Assembly (NCBI GenBank): GCA_030531185.1
Contig: JAUNOG010000007.1
Location: 508 to 64,507 of the forward strand
Source of the DNA: Ruminococcus sp.
GTDB taxonomy: Bacteria; Bacillota; Clostridia; Oscillospirales; Ruminococcaceae
DNA: 64,000 nucleotides
Direction: 5' to 3'
Of this stretch, positions 59,604 to 64,000 are shown piece by piece; the first letter of the stretch is position 1, and every line of letters starts with the position of its first letter. The position numbers and the translations under genes were made by a program. The notes under the pieces are model-generated. The model did not search any database and was not told the DNA's origin. It worked only from the letters and a program-made list of their open reading frames with translations.

Positions 59604-60467
59604 TCAGTACGGATAAATGCCGTCCGGCTCGTCATCTGCAAAGACCCAGTCGCCGTTGATCTTGATAACGTCAATGTCAACCGTGTCAATGTCTTTATCG
59701 AGACTTCCCGAATATGTAAAGGTTACAGTAAGAGTATAACCCTTTGACGCCTTGATATCGCTGTCCAGCAGGCTTGCCGCCGCATTGAATACATTGATCT
59801 GGCTTTCGGGTATTTCCTGCTTGCTTACGACCTTATATTTGACCTTTGCGTCCGCACCGAAATCGTCGATAAAATCCTCTCTCAGATCCTGAGCCTGTTC
59901 CGCGTAATATAAATCGGTGTATTTGCCAAGTGAAGAACCGTAAACAGCCTCGGTAATATCGCCCATTTTGTCTGCCGCGGTACATTCCTTATAAGCCTTG
60001 GCGTCGCCCTTTTCAAGAACCTTTACGTAATTATCCAGCGGATCTTCACAGCCGCCCGAAAGCGTAACCGAAAGTATGATTATCAGCAATATGATAAGTC
60101 CCAGTACGATACCGCCGACTGCAAGCAGCTTTTTGTTCACAGGTTTTTTGACTGCCGTACCGTCCGCAATATTTCCTCCGCCTATGCCGTACTGCACATT
60201 GTAAGCGGGCATACCGTCGTTAGGAATGCCGTTCGGCTGATCGGGATTTGCATTCGGGATAAAATTACCGCCGCTGATGCTTTCCGGTATAACGGACTGC
60301 GGGTTAGTTTGATCCGCCTGCTGATCTACAGCCTGATCGGGAACGGGCTGAGGTGCGCTCTGCTGAGCGGGCGCGGGAACAGTAACCTTGCAGGGAGTTC
60401 CGCAGTTAGTGCAAAAAGCGGCGTCGTCATTAAGCTTTGTGCCGCAGTTTCCGCAAAATTTTGCCAT
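59604..60467 (-). CDS. Zinc-ribbon membrane protein with extracellular domain
   Basis: MAKFCGNCG...FCTNCG, P/Q linker, TM, KINGDW end; start after AGGAG. Confidence 0.85.
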   Translation of the reverse strand: MAKFCGNCGTKLNDDAAFCTNCGTPCKVTVPAPAQQSAPQPVPDQAVDQQADQTNPQSVIPESISGGNFIPNANPDQPNGIPNDGMPAYNVQYGIGGGNIADGTAVKKPVNKKLLAVGGIVLGLIILLIIILSVTLSGGCEDPLDNYVKVLEKGDAKAYKECTAADKMGDITEAVYGSSLGKYTDLYYAEQAQDLREDFIDDFGADAKVKYKVVSKQEIPESQINVFNAAASLLDSDIKASKGYTLTVTFTYSGSLDKDIDTVDIDVIKINGDWVFADDEPDGIYPY

Positions 60468-60824
60468 AGTATATTCTCCTTTTTTCTTCAATTTTTTCAT
60501 ATTCTTCCAATGCTTACAGCTAAAAAATAAGCTATTTTAATAATATACTATTTTTTAATATTTGTCAAGATAAAAATTAACTTTTCTTATATTAAAATTG
60601 CAATATCAGATAGGACGCTTTAACAAAAAGTTAAGATGTTCATAAGCGCTTTAAATACTGTGAATATGTTTTTTACTGTTATGGGGTACCCGATTTCATT
60701 TTACTGTGCTGATGAGAAAAATAGATTTTCAATCAGGATAAAAAAAGCTTTACAAATTTAATTTATTGTGCTATAATGTTTTGTATGAAAATACGATCGC
60801 TTTTATTGAAAGGAAGTTTTTGAC

Positions 60825-61625
60825 ATCGACGGCATTTTTGACTCTCACTGTCATTACGATGACAGCGCTTTTGACGCAGACAGATTTGAACTGCTCGACC
60901 GACTGCTTACGGGCGAAAATCACCCTGTCGATAAAATGATACACGCCGCAACGGACGAAAAATCCTCTCTGTTCGGCATCGAAACGGCGCAGAGGTATGA
61001 TAATTTCTATACGTCGATAGGCTTTCACCCCGAATGTATGGATGTTCTTCCCGATAACTATATGCAGGTAATTGAGGAGCTTTATGTTAAAGCAAGCTCC
61101 GTTCACAAGCTTGTGGCTGTGGGGGAGATAGGTCTCGACTATCACTATGAGGGTTATGACAGGGACAAGCAGCTTGAAGTTTTCAGAAATCAGATAGAAT
61201 TTGCCCTGAGAAAATCCCTGCCTGTGATAATACATTCCAGAGAGGCTACGGAGGATTGTATGCGAATTCTCGGGGAATACCGTCCCGAGGGAGTTCTGCA
61301 TTGCTTTTCAGGTTCAGCGGAAACGGCGGCAGAGGTAGTCAAGCTGGGAATGTACGTAGGATTTACGGGCGCTCTTGCATTTAAAAACTCCAAAAAAGCG
61401 AAACGCGCCTGCGAGGCTGTGCCTACAGAAAGACTTCTGCTTGAAACGGACTGTCCGTATATGGCTCCCCCGCCTTATCGGGGACAGCGGTGCGACAGCT
61501 CTATGATAAGCGAGACCGCAAAGGCAATGGCGGATATCAAAGGCGTAACAGCGCAGCAGATAATAGATATCACAAATAAAAACGCCTGCACGCTGTTCGG
61601 GATAAATGAAAATCTGTCCGCATAA
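60825..61625 (+). CDS. tatD: TatD-family DNase (probable non-canonical ATC start)
   Basis: In-frame IFDSHCHYDD upstream of the first ATG; GFHP, GEIGLDY, IHSRE, HCFSG, LETDCPY. Confidence 0.92.
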   Translation: MDGIFDSHCHYDDSAFDADRFELLDRLLTGENHPVDKMIHAATDEKSSLFGIETAQRYDNFYTSIGFHPECMDVLPDNYMQVIEELYVKASSVHKLVAVGEIGLDYHYEGYDRDKQLEVFRNQIEFALRKSLPVIIHSREATEDCMRILGEYRPEGVLHCFSGSAETAAEVVKLGMYVGFTGALAFKNSKKAKRACEAVPTERLLLETDCPYMAPPPYRGQRCDSSMISETAKAMADIKGVTAQQIIDITNKNACTLFGINENLSA

Positions 61626-61656
61626 GACAGCTTGAACACAGAAAGGAAATAGGATC

Positions 61657-62607
61657 ATGGCGGAAATAATGTACATTGTCATTCCCTGCTACAACGAGGA
61701 GGAAATGCTGCCGATCACGGCTAAGGCTTTAATGAAGAAAATGGACGAACTTACGGCAGACGGACGTATAGACCCGCAAAGCAAGGTTATGTTCGTTGAC
61801 GACGGCTCGAAGGATAAAACATGGCAGATAATCAATCAGCTGCATACGCTCAGTTCAATGTTTACGGGCGTTAAGCTTTCAAGAAACAAGGGTCATCAGA
61901 ACGCGCTGCTGGCGGGACTTATGACCGCTAAAAATTACGCGGATATCATAGTTTCAATGGACGCCGATCTTCAGGACGACATCAATGCGATAGACGGATT
62001 TCTTGACAAGAGAGCGGAGGGCTGCGACATAGTTTACGGCGTTCGTTCCTCCAGAGAGACGGATACGGCGTTTAAGAGAAACACGGCGCAGATGTACTAC
62101 AAAATACTTGCAAAACTCGGCGTTGAGATAACCTACAATCACGCGGATTACAGACTGATGTCCAAGCGCGCGGTAGAGGCTCTGGAGACATTCAAAGAGG
62201 TCAATCTCTTCCTGAGAGGACTTGTGCCTATGGTCGGCTTCAAGAGCGATATTGTGACATACAAGCGTAACGAAAGAGTTGCGGGCGAGTCTAAGTATCC
62301 GCTGAAAAAAATGCTTGCCTTTGCGATCGAGGGAATAACCTCTCTGTCGGTAAAGCCTATCAGACTTATCACTTGGCTGGGAGTAATAATGTTCCTTGTG
62401 TCGATAATTATGCTTATATATTTCCTCATAACGTGGGGCGGCGGAGATACCGTAAGAGGCTGGGCGTCGACCATTACCTCGGTATGGGCTATCGGAGGAT
62501 TACAGCTTTTGGCGATCGGCATTATCGGAGAGTACATAGGCAAGATATATCTTGAGACAAAGGCTCGTCCGAAATATATAATCGAAATAAATCTCGAAGA
62601 AAACTAA
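61657..62607 (+). CDS. GT2 glycosyltransferase (GtrB/CsbB-like)
   Basis: IPCYNEE, DDGSKD, SRNKGHQ, DADLQD, two C-terminal TMs, GEYIGKIY. Confidence 0.93.
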   Translation: MAEIMYIVIPCYNEEEMLPITAKALMKKMDELTADGRIDPQSKVMFVDDGSKDKTWQIINQLHTLSSMFTGVKLSRNKGHQNALLAGLMTAKNYADIIVSMDADLQDDINAIDGFLDKRAEGCDIVYGVRSSRETDTAFKRNTAQMYYKILAKLGVEITYNHADYRLMSKRAVEALETFKEVNLFLRGLVPMVGFKSDIVTYKRNERVAGESKYPLKKMLAFAIEGITSLSVKPIRLITWLGVIMFLVSIIMLIYFLITWGGGDTVRGWASTITSVWAIGGLQLLAIGIIGEYIGKIYLETKARPKYIIEINLEEN

Positions 62608-62640
62608 TAATCTTAAAATTAAAATAAAGGAGTTAAATTT

Positions 62641-63201
62641 ATGGCTGAACAGAATAACGCACAGACCCTTGACAATTCAGCGCTGGTTGAGGCTATCGCA
62701 GAAATGAGAAAGATCAACGCTGCCGAAGACAGAGACGCATTTAATCAGGCTACAAACAAGATAATCAACATCGCGCTGAGATGCACGTTCCTTGTACCCG
62801 CAATTATCGAGAAGAACACGGAGCTTGTTGCCGACGCTGATAATCACGTTAAGTTCCAGGACAAGCAGTCTGCAAAGTTTATCCTCATCAATCACAAGGA
62901 AAGAGGTTCGTTCTTCCCTGTTTTCACAGAGGAGGAGGAGATCAAAAAGCTCAAGACCGAAAAGCCTTTCCAGATCGTAAAGATGAAGTTCCCCGATATT
63001 GCAGGTCTTACGGAGAATACGCCTAACGTAAACGGATTTGTAATAAACGCATTCAATCAGAATTTGCCGTTCACAAAGGATATGCTTTCGCAGATAAAGC
63101 AGACGCTTATCAGGGTAAACAAGGAAAGAGCCGCTGCAAAGGCTGCCGCAGAGGCGGGAGAACAGCCTAACATTACAGTTTCTTCTTCGGAGGATAAGTA
63201 A
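62641..63201 (+). CDS. SseB-family protein
   Basis: FLVP, FFPVFT, GFVIN pattern; highly expressed-style codons. Confidence 0.7.
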   Translation: MAEQNNAQTLDNSALVEAIAEMRKINAAEDRDAFNQATNKIINIALRCTFLVPAIIEKNTELVADADNHVKFQDKQSAKFILINHKERGSFFPVFTEEEEIKKLKTEKPFQIVKMKFPDIAGLTENTPNVNGFVINAFNQNLPFTKDMLSQIKQTLIRVNKERAAAKAAAEAGEQPNITVSSSEDK

Positions 63202-63234
63202 TTACATTTAATCTAACAAAGGGGCTGCCGATGT

Positions 63235-63813
63235 TGAACCGAACCAGTAAAAACGGACAATGACAAAAAAGACCTTCTATGGTATAATAGAAACCATAGG
63301 AGGTTTTATTATGGCAAGAAATTACAGACACATACAGGAGTATGAGACAGAGATACTCAAATTAAAAGAACAAGGATTTACACATAAGGAAGTAGGAGAA
63401 AAATTAGGTTTTACTCAAATACAAGTCAAAAAATTCATTGAACGATATCACAAAAAAGAACGTAAAATCGCAGAAGGAAAAGGATTGAAACGAAATGGTC
63501 GTCCGCCTAAAGATGATAAATACACCCAATCTGATATCTGATCAACAGAGATTTCAGTGCCGACAAACCAAATCAGAAATGGGTTACGGACATTTCATAC
63601 ATAAAAACCTCGCAGGGATTTTTGTATCTCTCGATCATTAGAGACCTTTATGATCGCAGTATAGTGGCTTACAAGACATCTACGGTTCAGAATATAAACC
63701 TTGTTCTGAACACTATCAAAGCTGCAAAGAGGAAAGAAAAAGTCACTGAGAAGCTGCAACTCCACAGTGACCAAGGTTTTCAGTATACTTCCCAAGCGTA
63801 CTTTAACCTAACT
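63235..63813 (+). mobile_element. IS3-family (IS150-like) remnant: left end, truncated orfA and partial DDE core
   Basis: Starts TGAACCGAACC; HTH orfA 63311-63541; rve fragment NRDF..KWVTDISY..RDLYDR..LHSDQGFQYTS; no third catalytic Glu and no right end. Confidence 0.9.
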
Positions 63814-64000
63814 ATTAAATTTGTCCCGATACCGTAGCCGCGGTAATCTTTATAAAGAGATATTGCAAAAGAAGGAGTTTTGTCATTAATATGACCGTAA
63901 TCATTCATTACACATACCCAAACCGCTCCAACAATATTTTCATTAACCTCTGCGATCAGACATTTATCGTCAGGCAATTTGCCGAAATCCTTAACATATA
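63813..64000 (-). pseudogene. GNAT acetyltransferase, C-terminally truncated; 5' end is outside the window
   Basis: VGAVW, ISLYKDYRGYGIGTNL motif A, then reads into antisense IS3 sequence. Confidence 0.75.

Overview
Core-chromosome segment of a Clostridia-class, Ruminococcus-like (Oscillospiraceae) fibre degrader; the taxon is inferred from protein style and gene content. The centre (18.1-34.6 kb) is the complete S10-spc-alpha ribosomal protein superoperon (rpsJ to rplQ, with secY, adk, map, infA, rpoA). The left flank has NiFe-hydrogenase maturation genes hypD/hypE split by AT-rich inserted genes, xylose isomerase, an adaptor+permease exporter pair without an ATPase, two teichoic-acid polymerase-family genes, a Nudix hydrolase and YfhO. 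The right flank has two SGNH esterases, an AT-rich ant(6)-like gene, an orphan cheR-cheB-cheW trio, a beta-CASP nuclease, a MATE pump, mpg, a two-adaptor MacAB-like exporter, a LacI-sensor/GGDEF protein beside a GH5 lipoprotein, two zinc-ribbon membrane proteins, TatD, a GT2, SseB and a doubly deleted IS3 remnant. No rRNA, tRNA or CRISPR array was seen. Most notable unannotated signals: (1) four arrays of exactly five heptamers (RTWAGAR-like) at three intergenic loci, two forming a long inverted repeat; (2) TatD and MATE both appear to start at ATC, each 10 nt after AAAGGA; (3) a 208-nt structured spacer between rplW and rplB sharing a motif with the rpsJ-rplC spacer; (4) an identical 12-mer at the same distance from two -35 boxes; (5) a decayed type I toxin-antitoxin-like locus with an intact antisense promoter; (6) an attenuator-like leader before the exporter operon. 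All structures were folded by eye and no database searches were run.
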